Assembly (NCBI GenBank): GCA_963836445.1
Contig: CAWIJM010000008.1
Coordinates: 117,838-181,837 of the forward strand
Reading direction: 5' to 3'
Origin: an uncultured Actinomycetes bacterium
GTDB taxonomy: Bacteria; Actinomycetota; Acidimicrobiia; IMCC26256; JACDBD01
Length of the DNA: 64,000 nt
The notes under the pieces were generated by a model. It had not been told where the DNA came from. It made no database searches and worked only from the letters and a program-made list of their open reading frames with translations. Position numbers and translations under genes: made by a program. Positions 27,762-39,044 of the stretch are shown one piece after another. Every line of letters starts with the position of its first letter. Positions within the stretch are counted from its first letter, which is position 1.

Positions 27762-29799
27762 ATGCCGCTCCTCGAGCTCGTTTCCCCCTTCACGGCCGCC
27801 GGCGACCAGCCGGAGGCGATCGAGGCGCTCGCGACCGGGGTCGAGCGGGGCGACCGGAACCAGACGCTGCTCGGCATCACCGGGTCGGGGAAGTCGTTCA
27901 CGATCGCCGGCGCGATCGCCCGGGCCCAGCGACCCACCCTCATCCTCGCTCCCAACAAGAGCCTGGCCGCCCAGCTGGCGAGCGAGTTCCGCGAGTTCTT
28001 CCCCAAGAACCGGGTCGAGTACTTCGTCTCCTATTACGACTACTACCAGCCCGAGGCCTACGTCCCGTCGTCCGACACGTACATAGAGAAGGACTCGTCG
28101 ATCAACGACGAGATCGACCGGCTCCGCCACTCCGCCACGAGCGCGCTCATGTCGCGGCGGGACGTGATCATCGTGGCCTCCGTCTCGGCCATCTACGGCC
28201 TCGGTTCCCCCGAGCTGTACGAGCAGCAGTGCCTCATCCTCGATGTGGGGGAGGAGCACGACCAGCGCGCCATCCTGCGCCGGCTCGTGGAGCTCCAGTA
28301 CGAGCGCAACGACGAGGGCTTCGTCCGGAACAAGTTCCGGGTGCGTGGCGACTCGATCGAGGTGTTCCCTGCCTACGAGGAGCGGGGCGTGCGCATCCAG
28401 CTCTTCGGGGACGAGATCGAGCGCATGAGCTCCGTCGACCCCGTCACGGGCGAGATCGTCGAGGAGCTCGATCGGTTCGTGCTGTTCCCGGCGTCGCACT
28501 ACGTCACCGACGAGGACCACATGCAGCGGGCGATCGAGGGCATCGAGGCCGAGCTCAAGGACCGGCTGGCGTGGTTCGAGGAGCGGGGCAAGCTGCTCGA
28601 AGCGCAGCGCCTGCGGATGCGCACGACCTACGACCTCGAGATGCTCCGCGAGATCGGCTCGTGCTCCGGGATCGAGAACTACTCGCGGTTCCTCGACGGC
28701 CGGGATGCCGGCCAGATGCCGTACACCCTGCTCGACTATTTCCCGGACGACTTCCTCTGCGTGCTCGACGAGTCGCACGTGACCGTCCCGCAGCTGCACG
28801 GGCAGTACGAAGGTGACCGGTCCCGCAAGGAGACGCTCGTCGAGCACGGGTTCCGGCTCCCGTCCGCGCTCGACAACCGGCCCCTGCGATTCAACGAGTT
28901 CATCGAGCACGTGAACCAGGTGGTCTTCATGTCGGCCACGCCGGGGGAGTACGAGCTCGAGAAGTCGAAGCAGGTCGTCGAGCAGATCGTGCGGCCCACC
29001 GGGCTCGTCGATCCCGAGGTGATCGTGAAGCCGACCAAAGGCCAGATCGACGACCTCGTCGCCGAGATCAACGCCCGCGCCGAGGCCGAGCAGCGCGTGC
29101 TCGTCACGACGCTGACGAAGAAGATGTCCGAGGACCTGACCGACTACCTGATCGAGCTCGGCATTCGGGTCCGGTACCTGCACAGCGAGATCGACACGCT
29201 CGAGCGGGTCGAGATCCTGCGCTTCGCTTCGCCTCGGCGAGTTCGACGTGCTCGTCGGCATCAACCTGCTGCGCGAGGGCCTCGACCTTCCGGAGGTGTC
29301 GCTGGTCGCGATCCTCGACGCCGACAAGGAGGGCTTCCTGCGCTCGCGACACGTCGTTGATCCAGACGATGGGACGCGCGGCCCGCAACGTCGACGGTCA
29401 GGTGGTGATGTACGCCGATCAGGTGACGGACTCGATGCGCCGCGCCATCTCCGAGACGAACCGGCGGCGGAAGGTGCAGCTCGAGTTCAACGCCGAGCAC
29501 GGGATCGACCCGCAGACGATCCGCAAGAAGGTCGTCGACATCCTCGAGATGGTGCGCGCCCGTGAGGGAGAGGACGACGACGTGCGCGTCGGTCGAGGCC
29601 GGGGCCGGGGACGCGGCGAGGGCCCAAGCGGTCGGCGGTGTTCGACCTCGAGGGCGTCGCACCGGACGACGTCGGCAAGCTCATCCAGACTCTCCAGGAC
29701 GAGATGCACGACGCCGCCAAGGACCTCCGCTTCGAGGAGGCGGCCCGCCTCCGCGACGAGATCGGCGAGCTCAAGCGCGAGCTACGGGAGGTGAGCTGA
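27762..29799 (+). pseudogene. uvrB: excinuclease ABC subunit B, about 3 frame changes in the 3' quarter as assembled (near 29225, 29345, 29625)
   Basis: [20 protein letters not shown] and DESHVTVPQ lie in ORF 27681..29360. Then [40 protein letters not shown] and the UVR tail ([13 protein letters not shown]) lie in other frames. Confidence 0.9.
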
Positions 29800-29856
29800 G
29801 GCACCGGGGCGGGTAGACCTGCGCCGACGCCGATCCGGCGATCGAGGAGGGCGGCA

Positions 29857-30207
29857 ATGCTCCAGGACCTGAGGAAGTTCCTGCTGCGCGGCAACGTCAT
29901 CGACCTCGCGGTGGCGGTGATCATCGGGATCGCGTTCGGCGCGGTCATCTTGTCGCTCGTGAACGACGTGATCATGCCCGTGATCGGCGCCGTGTTCGGG
30001 AAGCCGAACTTCAACGATCTGACCTTCAAGGTCGGCGACGGCGTCGTGGCCTACGGGAAGTTCATCACCGCCGTCGTCAACTTCCTCATCATCGGGACGG
30101 CGTTGTTCCTCATCGTGCGAGCCGTGCAGCGGGTCTTCCGCCAGGAGGCGACGCCCACCCAGGTGAGTCTGCTGACCGAGATCCGTGACGAGCTCCGGCG
30201 CCGGTAG
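29857..30207 (+). CDS. mscL: large-conductance mechanosensitive channel
   Basis: [24 protein letters not shown]...VIMPVIG, 116 aa. Confidence 0.9.
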   Translation: MLQDLRKFLLRGNVIDLAVAVIIGIAFGAVILSLVNDVIMPVIGAVFGKPNFNDLTFKVGDGVVAYGKFITAVVNFLIIGTALFLIVRAVQRVFRQEATPTQVSLLTEIRDELRRR

Positions 30208-30216
30208 GCGCGACCC

Positions 30217-30230
30217 CGAACATCCGTTCG
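30217..30230. promoter_or_regulatory. LexA (SOS) box upstream of uvrA
   Basis: CGAACATCCGTTCG fits the Gram-positive/actinobacterial CGAAC-N4-GTTCG palindrome perfectly and lies 31 nt upstream of the uvrA GTG. Confidence 0.5.
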
Positions 30231-30260
30231 CTCGGACATCCGCCCCGGTAAACTGACGTC

Positions 30261-33159
30261 GTGGCGGACGTAATCACGATCCGGGGGGCTCGCGAGCACA
30301 ACCTCAAGAACGTCGACCTCGAGCTGCCCCGGGACCGCCTGATCGTCTTCACCGGCTTGTCGGGCTCGGGGAAGTCCTCGCTGGCGTTCGACACGATCTA
30401 CGCCGAGGGGCAGCGCCGGTACGTCGAGTCGCTGTCGGCATACGCCCGGCAGTTCCTCGGCCAGATGGACAAGCCCGACGTCGACTTCATCGAGGGCCTG
30501 TCGCCGGCGATCTCGATCGACCAGAAGTCGGCCTCGAAGAACCCGCGGTCGACGGTCGGCACGATCACCGAGATCTACGACTACCTGCGCCTCCTCTACG
30601 CCCGGATCGGCATGCCGCACTGCCCGAACTGCGGGCAGGTCATCACCCGGCAGACGCCGCAGCAGATCGTCGACCGGGTCCTGCAGCTGCCGGAGGGCAC
30701 GCGGTTCCAGGTGCTGGCGCCGGTCGTGCGGGGCCGGAAGGGCGAGTACGAGGGGCTGCTCACCGAGCTCGCCGGGCAGGGCTTCACGCGGGCGCGGATC
30801 GACGGCGAGGTGCACGAGCTCTCGAGCATGCGAGGCTCGGGCGGCCACGCACGCAGTCGGGAGCGGCTCGCCCGGTACGAGCAGCACACGATCGAGGTCG
30901 TCGTCGACCGGCTCGTTCGCCGGGCGGGCATCGAGCGTCGGCTCACCGACTCGCTCGAGACCGCCCTGCGCCTCGCCGAGGGCGTCGCCGAGGTCGAGAT
31001 CGTCCCGCGGGAGGGTGAGGAGGAGCGGGACGAGGACCGCGAGGTGCTCACCTTCTCGGAGCATCTCGCGTGCGCGAACTGCGGCTTGTCGTTCGAGGAG
31101 CTCGCGCCGCGCAACTTCTCGTTCAACTCGCCCTACGGCGCATGCGAGCGCTGCGACGGGCTCGGCACCCGCTTCGAGGTCGATCCGGAACTGGTCGTGC
31201 TCCGACGACGACCTCTCGATCTCGGACGGGGCGATCTCGCCGTGGGCCGGGTTCCGGAGTCAGTACTTCGACCGGGTGCTCGGCGCGGTCGCGAAGGAGT
31301 ACGGGTTCTCGGTCGATACGCCGTGGCGCAAGCTCCGCAAGCGTGACAAGCAAGCCGTGTTGCAAGGTTCGGGCAAGCGCGCGATCAACGTCCGCTATCG
31401 CAACCGGTACGGGCGGCAGCGTTCGTACACGACCGAGTTCGAGGGCGTGGTGCCGTGGCTCGAGCGGCGTCACTCAGAGGCCGAGAGCGACCGCGTACGC
31501 GAGCAGATCGAGGGCTACATCCGCGAAGTGCCGTGCCCCGTGTGTCACGGCGCGCGTCTGCGCCCGGCCTCGCTGGCCGTCACGGTCGGCGGGACGAACA
31601 TCTACGAGCTCGGCGAGTTGTCCATCTCCAAGGCGGCGGACTTCCTCGGGGGGCTCGAGCTGTCCGAACGCGACCTGATCATCGCCGAAGCCGTCCTGAA
31701 GGAAGTCAACGAGCGGCTCCGCTTTCTGCTCGACGTCGGGCTCAACTACCTGTCGCTGAACCGGTCGTCGGCGACGCTCGCCGGCGGAGAGGCTCAGCGC
31801 ATCCGACTCGCGTCTCAGATCGGCAGCGGACTGGTCGGGGTTCTGTACGTGCTCGACGAGCCGTCGATCGGGTTGCACCAACGCGACAACCACCGCCTCC
31901 TCGACACCCTCGTGCGCCTGCGAGACCTCGGGAACACGGTGATCGTCGTCGAGCACGACGAGGAGACGATGCGTGCGGCCGACATGGTCGTCGACATCGG
32001 CCCCGGGGCCGGGGAGCACGGCGGCGAGATCATCGCCCGCGGAACACTCGATGACGTCATTGCCGAGCCGCGGTCCATCACCGGTCAGTACCTGGCGGGG
32101 GAGCGGTCCATCCCGGTGCCGGAGATGCGCCGCCAACCCGGCGAGGCGTGGCTCACCGTGCGTGATGCCCGTGAGCACAACCTCAAGAACATCGACGTCG
32201 AGTTCCCACTCGGATGCTTCGTCGCGATCACAGGCGTCAGCGGCAGCGGCAAGTCGACGCTCGTGAACGACATCCTGTACCACGCGCTGATGCAGAAGGT
32301 GTACCGATCCCGCACCGTGCCGGGCCGTCACAAGACGATCGAGGGAACCGAGCTCCTCGACAAGGTCATCAATATCGACCAGTCGCCGATCGGCCGGACG
32401 CCCCGCTCGAACCCGGCGACGTACACCGGCGTGTTCGACAAGATCCGCTCGCTGTTCGCGTCGAGCCTCGAGGCGAAGGTGCGTGGATACCAACCGGGAC
32501 GGTTCTCGTTCAACGTGAAGGGCGGGCGGTGCGAGGCGTGCTCGGGCGACGGGACGATCAAGATCGAGATGCACTTCTTGCCCGACGTCTACGTGCCGTG
32601 CGAGGTGTGCAAGGGCGCCCGGTACAACCGCGACACGCTCGACGTCACGTTCAAGAACAAGAACATCGCCGAGGTGCTCGACCTGTCGATCGAGGAAGCG
32701 CTCGAGTTCTTCAAGAACCAGCCCACGATCGCCCGGCAGTTGCAGACGCTCTTCGACGTCGGCCTCGGCTACGTCCGACTCGGTCAGCCCGCGCCGACCC
32801 TGTCGGGAGGTGAGGCTCAGCGCGTGAAGCTGGCGTCCGAGCTGGGGAAGCGAGCGACGGGCCGGACCGTCTACATGCTCGACGAGCCGACGACCGGGCT
32901 CCACTTCGACGACGTGAACCGGCTGCTCGGTGTGCTGGCGCGGCTGGTCGAAGGAGGTAACACGGTCATCGTGATCGAGCACAACCTCGACGTCGTGAAG
33001 TCCGCCGACTGGGTCATCGATCTCGGCCCCGAGGGCGGCGACGCCGGCGGGCTCGTGGTGGCCGAGGGCCCACCCGAGCACGTGGCGAAGACCGAAGGCA
33101 GCTATACCGGCAAGTTCCTCGCCCCGATCCTCGGGCTCGCCGAGCACGCCGTCGCGTGA
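30261..33159 (+). CDS. uvrA: excinuclease ABC subunit A, one frame change near 31200
   Basis: [14 protein letters not shown] lies in ORF 30261..31346. The rest (second ABC domain, [18 protein letters not shown] twice) lies in ORF 31015..33159. The junction reads ...EVDPELVV / [16 protein letters not shown]. Confidence 0.9.
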
Positions 33160-33180
33160 CCGAGGGTCGACGCGTGTCGC

Positions 33181-33723
33181 CTACCGGCCGGCGCGCTTCG
33201 CGATCTCGTCTTCCAGCGCGTACAGGATGGGAAGTGTGGCGCGATCCTTCGGCCGATTCGCGGCCTCCTTGGAACGGATGATGTCGGCGAGCGAAGCGAC
33301 CCGTACGACGGTTCCCTCGATTTCCAGTTCGACGGCACGACGGACCAGATCCTCGTATCCCTGGCTTCCGGCCGGCTGGAAGGCGATGTCGAAGTCGCCG
33401 AACCGGGTCGTCAGGTTCACGAGCTGCACGCGCCGCAGGAACTCCGGATCGACCGAAAATGCGACGCCGTCAGGCTCGGCCTCGTTCCGGACCCGCGCCT
33501 TCATCTCACGCAGCGCAGCTGCCAGCCGTTCGAGATTCTCGGGCGAGGGGTCAGGGCAGATGTCGGCGTCGTTCGTGAGGGCAGACGAGCCGTGAAGGGT
33601 CGCTGCGAGCCCGCCGATCAGCACGTAATCGACACGATAGCGGGCGAGAATGTCGAAGAGCTCCTGGGGCTGCAGCGCCTCAGGCACGCGCGACCTCGCG
33701 TTCGACCGTGCGTGCAGCGGCAC
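33181..33723 (-). CDS. nucleotidyltransferase (pol-beta superfamily) family protein (alternative GTG start at 33687)
   Basis: GGLAATLHGSSALTNDADI fits the G[GS]-x(9-13)-DxD NTase signature. It overlaps the stop of the upstream HTH gene. Confidence 0.6.
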   Translation of the reverse strand: MPLHARSNARSRVPEALQPQELFDILARYRVDYVLIGGLAATLHGSSALTNDADICPDPSPENLERLAAALREMKARVRNEAEPDGVAFSVDPEFLRRVQLVNLTTRFGDFDIAFQPAGSQGYEDLVRRAVELEIEGTVVRVASLADIIRSKEAANRPKDRATLPILYALEDEIAKRAGR

Positions 33724-34045
33724 GGACCTTGGACACGTTGCGCACCGACTCGAGCCGCGCCGCTGGTGTCATCGCGAGGTTCTGGCGAATCTGCGAGCGG
33801 TCGACGTCGTCGACACGGCGGAAGGTCATGTCCGCTTCGAAGCCGCACGCCTCGAGGATCCGGGCGAGGGTGTCGACGCGGGGAGTGTCGCGGCCTCGTT
33901 CCCAGTTCGAGACCGCGGACTGCGTCGTCCCCAGGCGCCGCGCCAGGTCGGCCTGCGTCAGCCCACCGAGGCGGCGGGCCTCACGAATGAGACGCCCGCT
34001 TCCCAAGGCGCTGAGCGTGTACCGATCGGGTCGGTCAGTTGCCAT
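33680..34045 (-). CDS. XRE family helix-turn-helix protein
   Basis: LIREARRLGGLTQADLARRLGTTQSAVSNWERG is a canonical HTH_3 motif. 121 aa from the internal ATG of ORF 33680..34684. Confidence 0.7.
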   Translation of the reverse strand: MATDRPDRYTLSALGSGRLIREARRLGGLTQADLARRLGTTQSAVSNWERGRDTPRVDTLARILEACGFEADMTFRRVDDVDRSQIRQNLAMTPAARLESVRNVSKVRAAARTVEREVARA

Positions 34046-34087
34046 TACGCATATGCTAACCCATATGTCGCATAGGCTATTCCCTAT

Positions 34088-34805
34088 ATGAGTGCGCCCG
34101 ATCCCTGGGAGCGGCACGCCGGTTGGTGGCAGGACAAGTTCACCGACGGTGTCGATCCCGAGTACGAGGAGCAGCTCCTCCCGCTGGTCGACGAGCACCT
34201 GGCCGGTGTGGACCGCGTGCTCGATGTCGGGTGCGGTGAAGGCCAGGTGGCAAGGCGGATCGCAAAGCTCGGCGCCGAGGTCGTCGGTATCGATCCGACC
34301 GCGGGCCAGATCGGGGTCGCCCGGGAAAGAGCCGGCGGCCCCCGGTTCGTCCGCGCCGGCGCCGAGGCCGTGCCGCTGCGCGACGGGTCCTTCGACGCCG
34401 CGGTGTCGTGCCTCGTGTTCGAGCATCTCGACCCGTTCGAGCCGGCGATCGCCGAGACTGCCCGCGTGCTCGCGCCCGGCGGCCGCTTCGTCCTGTTCCT
34501 GAACCATCCGCTGCTCCAGGCGCCCGGCAGCGGATGGGTGATCGACCACATCCTCGACGAGGAGTACTGGCGCGTCGGCCCCTACCTGCCGGACGACGTG
34601 GCGATGGAGGAGGTCGCGCCGAACGTCGATTTGCCGTTCATGCACCGACCGCTCCACCGGTACGTCAACGAGCTCGCGGCGCACGGCTTACTGATCGAGC
34701 ACGTGGACGAGCCGCCTCCGGCCGCCGGTCTCCTCGCGCGTCCCCGAGTACAGGGACGCGGCGACGATTCCCCGATTGCTCCTGCTGGTGACGCGAAAGC
34801 GCTAG
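34088..34805 (+). CDS. class I SAM-dependent methyltransferase, one frame change near 34745
   Basis: VLDVGCGEG motif I and SCLVFEHL. The C-terminal PEYRDAATIPRLLLLVTRKR* lies in another frame and ends at 34803-34805. Confidence 0.75.
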
Positions 34806-35929
34806 TCGACCTTCGCTGCGGCGGTCGGAACGCCCGGGAGGTCGAGCATGCGCTGGAGAGCGACGCGTGCCCACTCCGCCGTGTGGTCATCGACCACGAC
34901 CTGGTTGACGAGCTCGCCGCGTGCCAATGACTCGAGGCACCACGCGAGGTGCGGGCCGTCGATGCGGAACATCGTCGAGCACGGGCAGATCAACGGATCG
35001 AGGGACAAGACGGTCTTGTCGGGATGGTCCGCGGCCATGCGCTGCACCATGTGGATCTCGGTGCCGACGGCGAGGACCGATCCCGGCCGCGCCGCGTCGA
35101 CCCATTCGAGGATGCGCTCGGTCGACCCGACGCGGTCGGCGAGCTCGACGACCTCGTGCGCGCACTCGGGGTGAACGATCACCTCGCCGTCGGGATGCTC
35201 GGCGCGGAAAGCGTCGACGTGCTCGGTCCGGAACCGCTGGTGCACGGAGCAGTGGCCCTTCCACAGCAGGAAGGTCGCGTCTTTCACGTCCCGCTCCTCG
35301 AGCCCGCCGAGATCGTGCCGCGGGTCCCACACGCGCATGTCGTGCTCGCCGAAGCCCATCTGGTAGCCGGTGTTCCGGCCGAGGTGCTGGTCGGGGAAGA
35401 AGAGGACCTTGTGGCCGCGGGAGAGGGCCCAATCGAGGATGGCCTGAGCGTTCGAGCTCGTGCACACGGCGCCACCGTGCTCGCCGACGAACGCCTTCGA
35501 GCGCGGCGGACGAGTTCATGTACGTGATCGGCACGATCCGGTCGACATCGGTGACGCCGGCGAGTGACTCCCAGCACTCCTCGACCTGGTCGAGATCTCG
35601 CCATGTCGGCCATCGAACAGCCCGCGTTCAGATCAGGAAGGACGACACGTTGGTGTTCGCCGGTCAGGATGTCGGCCGACTCGGCCATGAAGTGAACGCC
35701 GCAGAAGACGATGTCGGTGGCGTTGATCGTTGTCGGCGGCGAAACGTGCCAGCTTGAACGAGTCGCCGCGGGCGTCCGCCCACTTGATGACTTCGGGGCG
35801 CTGGTAGTGATGCCCGAGGATGAGGAGCTTCGAGCCGAGCGCCGCCTTGGCGGCGGCGATCCACTCGTCGATCTCCTCGGGCGGCGCGAGGGTGTACCGG
35901 TCCGGCAGGAGGGCCTGGAGTCGCAACAT
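34802..35929 (-). pseudogene. nadA: quinolinate synthase, at least 4 frame changes as assembled
   Basis: Pieces sit in ORFs 35633..35989 ([13 protein letters not shown]), 35284..35688 ([10 protein letters not shown]...[13 protein letters not shown]), 34887..35534 ([11 protein letters not shown]) and 34802..35467 (CTSSNA...VHPEC...ICPCSTM). Confidence 0.8.
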
Positions 35930-35934
35930 GGGTG

Positions 35935-36040
35935 TGATCCCTTTCGGGAAGCCCCGGTTGCGGCCGGCGGGGACAGCCTGGTCGCCCACCGCGGGGTTGT
36001 CGGCCCCGGGACTGATATGTGGCCGGAATGCCAGGCCGGC
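35935..36040 (-). promoter_or_regulatory. candidate NAD+-I (nadA motif) riboswitch in the nadA leader
   Basis: The minus-strand leader reads ...GGCCGACAACCCCGCGGUGGGCGACC...CCCGAAAGGGAUCACACCCAUG. It contains one exact ACANCCCC element (plus-strand 35993-36001) and a hairpin overlapping the RBS. Confidence 0.3.
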
Positions 36041-36092
36041 CTATCGCGCAGTCTAACGCCGCCTCATCCCCATCTCATCCACGATCGGTTAG

Positions 36093-37291
36093 GTGGCAGC
36101 GGTGTCCGGTCGGCGCTTCCTGCTCCTCTTCTTGCTCCTGGCCGGCCTGCGCTTCGCCATCGTCCCCATGGCGCTCGCGTCCGACGCCACCGCGCCGAGC
36201 AAGTACCGCATCCTTCCCGGTGACGCCCGCCGCTTCCACAAGATCGCGAGCCATGACGGGCAGCCGTACCGCGACTTCGCCGTCGAATACCCGCCGGTCA
36301 TGGTGGCTGCGATCGATGTGATCGACGGCGGGACGCTCCGGTCGACGACGGTGCGGCTCATGTGGTCGCAGCTCGTCCTCGACCTGGCGATCGCCGCCGT
36401 CGTCGCGTGGGCGTGGGGACGGCGCGCCGGGATCGCCTACCTCGTGATCGGCCTTCCCTTCCTCCTCTATCCGTTCATCTACCTCCGGCTCGATCTCCTC
36501 TCCGTGTTCCTCGCCGTGCTCGGTATCGCGCTCGTCCGCCGTCGACATCAGTACGCGGGCGGGGCAGCGGTCGCGATCGCGTGCTTCGCCAAACTCTGGC
36601 CCGTCGTGCTGGTACCCGTGCTCATCGTGCGGCGGGCCTGGCGCGGCGCTCGGTGCATTCCTCGCCGTCGGCGTTGCCGGCACCGCGGCGTGGGTCGCGT
36701 ACGGCGGCATCGACGGTCCGGTGCAGGTGTTGACGTTCCGTGGCGCCAAGGGTTGGGAGTTCGAGAGCACGGTCGGCGCGCTCGTGCGCAGTATCGGGGG
36801 AGCGACCCCGCACATCGAACGGGGCGCGTGGCGAGTCGGTGAGGTCACGAGCATGGTCAGCGGCCTGCTCGTGCTCGCGCTCGCTCGCGGGCGTGGTTGC
36901 AGCGTGGGCCCTCGCGTCGCGTGCCAAGCCGCGCGGCACCGGCGTGCTCGACGGGCTGGCGCCGATCGCAGCGATCACGGTCTTTCTCGTGCTCTCGCCC
37001 CTGCTCTCGCCGCAGTTCCTGGTGTGGCTCCTACCCTTCGCGGCGATCGCCGCCGCCCACGGCGAACGCCTGGTCAGCCGTCTCGTGTTCGTCGCCTCGG
37101 GCCTGAGCGTCGCCCTGCTCGCCCTGCTGCCGGAGCTGATCCATGGCGGGACGTTCGCGCTCGTCGTCCTCGCGTTGCGCAACGCGGTGCTCGTCGCGTT
37201 GCTGGCGGCGCTGGCCGTGCGGCTGATCCGGTCGTCAAGCTGGCGACGCGCGCCCGCTCAGCTCGTGCCGGCGACAGAGCTCGCGGCCTGA
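36093..37291 (+). pseudogene. DUF2029/GT87-like integral membrane glycosyltransferase, about 2 frame changes (near 36640 and 36860-36890)
   Basis: YRDFAVEYPPVMV and many transmembrane helices. The sequence continues across ORFs 36093..36842, 36721.. and 36740..37291. Confidence 0.55.
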
Positions 37292-37301
37292 CCCCCCGCG
37301 G

Positions 37302-37959
37302 TCACGGCGTCGACGTCAGGCGTTCCTCGGCCTCGGTCATGACGGTCGACACGAGCTCCCGGATCTCGGCGGGTGCCTTCGAGGGCGCGCCGGTGTCGTG
37401 TGGCGGCTGCGGGTCGTACTCGATTCCGAGCTGGACGGCCTGCGCGACCTCGGCCCCGTGCAAGCGGTCGACGAGAGTCGAGCGCGAGGTCGATGCCGGC
37501 CGAAACTCCGGCGGCCGTGGCGACCTTGCCTTCGATCACGACCCGCTCCTCGGTGGCCTCGGCGTCGTAGCGGCGCAGATGGTCGTAGGCGAGCCAGTGG
37601 GTCGTGGCGCGCACGCCCGTCAGCACGCCCGCCGCTCCGAGCAAGAGGGCGCCGGTGCACACGGACGTCGTGTACGTCGTCGTCTCGTGCGCGGAACGGA
37701 TCCACTCGACGATCGGGCCGCCCTCGGCGGCGACGAGCCGCGTCACCAGCCCGCCGGGGACGAGCAGGACGTCGGGCGCCGGCACGTCGTCGAACGTGTG
37801 CTCGAGATCGAGGCGCAAGAGCCCGCTTTCGTCTGCGAGCGAACCTCTCTGTTCGGCGCACAACACGACGTCCACACCAGGAACGTTCGTGAACACCGCG
37901 TACGGGCCGATGGCATCGAGGGCGGTGAAGCCGGGATAGAGGCCGATGGCGATCTGCAC
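37302..37959 (-). CDS. DJ-1/PfpI family protein, one frame change near 37480
   Basis: LLVPGG and the SVCTGALLLGAAG nucleophile-elbow Cys. The C-terminal tail ...IEYDPQPPHDTG...EERLTSTP* lies in another frame. Confidence 0.75.
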
Positions 37960-37972
37960 GTTGGCGCTCCTT

Positions 37973-38957
37973 TCAGGAAGCCCGCCGGCTGAAGTGCTGG
38001 CGGTAGCGATCGGGGGTCGTGCCGAGACGGCGGTGGAACGCCCGGTGCAGGGTCTCGGCGTGCTTCATGCCGACCCGGCCGGCGACCGCCGCCACGGTCA
38101 GTTCGGTCGACTCGAGCAAACGCCGCGCTGATTCGACCCGAAGCTCCTCGACGAAGGCCGCCGGTGTCGTCCCGGTCTCGCGACGGAACACGCGTGCGAA
38201 CGTACGAGGGCTCATGCCGACGCGGTCTGCCAGCGCCTCCACCCCGAGGTTCCCGTCGAGGTGGTCGCCGAGCCATGCTTGCAACTCGGCGATCGACGTC
38301 GTCGTGGCGCGTTGGGCGCGCAGCTGGGCGCTGAACTGCGACTGGCCACCGGGTCGCTGTACGAACACGACCAGCCATCCCGCCGCCTCGTGCGCCAGCG
38401 CCGCGCCGTGGTCGGCCTGGACGATCGCGAGGAAGAGATCGACGCCCGCGGTCACCCCCGCCGAGGTCCACCGGTCGCGGTCGTGGACGTAGATCCGGTC
38501 CGGCCGGACGCGCACCTCGGGATGGCGCTCGGCGAGCGCGTCACACGTCGCCCAGTGCGTGGTCGCTTCGTAGCCGTCGAGCAGACCGGCAGCCGCGAGC
38601 AGCCAGGCGCCGGTGCAGACGGAAGCGATCCGCGGCACCCGGGCCGCGACTGCGGCCAGGTCGGCGAGGAAGCGCCCGTCGAGACGGGCCGCGCGGGTGC
38701 CCTCCCCGCCCACGACCACGAGCGTGTCGATCCGGTCGCGGGACCGGGCCAGGGCCGCCAGGGATACGTCGGCGGCGACGGAGACGCCGCTCTCGGAGCG
38801 GACCGGCCGGCCGTCCGGGGTCGCGATCACGGTCTCGATACGGGGGCGATGCCCCGAGACGGGTGGCGGTGCGCAGCACTTCGGTCGGGCCGGCGAGGTC
38901 GAGCAGTTGCAGTCCCTCGAAGGCCACGATGGCGACGTTGTGGGTGGCGGGGGGCAC
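37973..38957 (-). CDS. GlxA family (DJ-1/PfpI N-domain plus AraC HTH) transcriptional regulator, one frame change near 38845-38870
   Basis: N-terminal VAIVAFEGLQLLDLAGPTEVL lies in one frame. SVCTGAWLLAAAG and the AraC HTH (MSPRTFARVFRRETGTTPAAFVEELRV) lie in ORF 37973..39073. Confidence 0.8.
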
Positions 38958-39044
38958 GAGGACATCATCGAGGACCCCGGCGTTGGCAGCAATGTCATTT
39001 TCCTGATGATTCCTGCCAGTTCCCGGACCTTGGATAATGGGGGG

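Noticed and set aside
29570-29640. An Arg-Gly repeat ([12 protein letters not shown]) in the UvrB linker as a functional RGG-type insertion.
   Set aside because: It coincides with one of the frame changes in uvrB, so the exact peptide cannot be trusted. The linker before the UVR domain is naturally variable.
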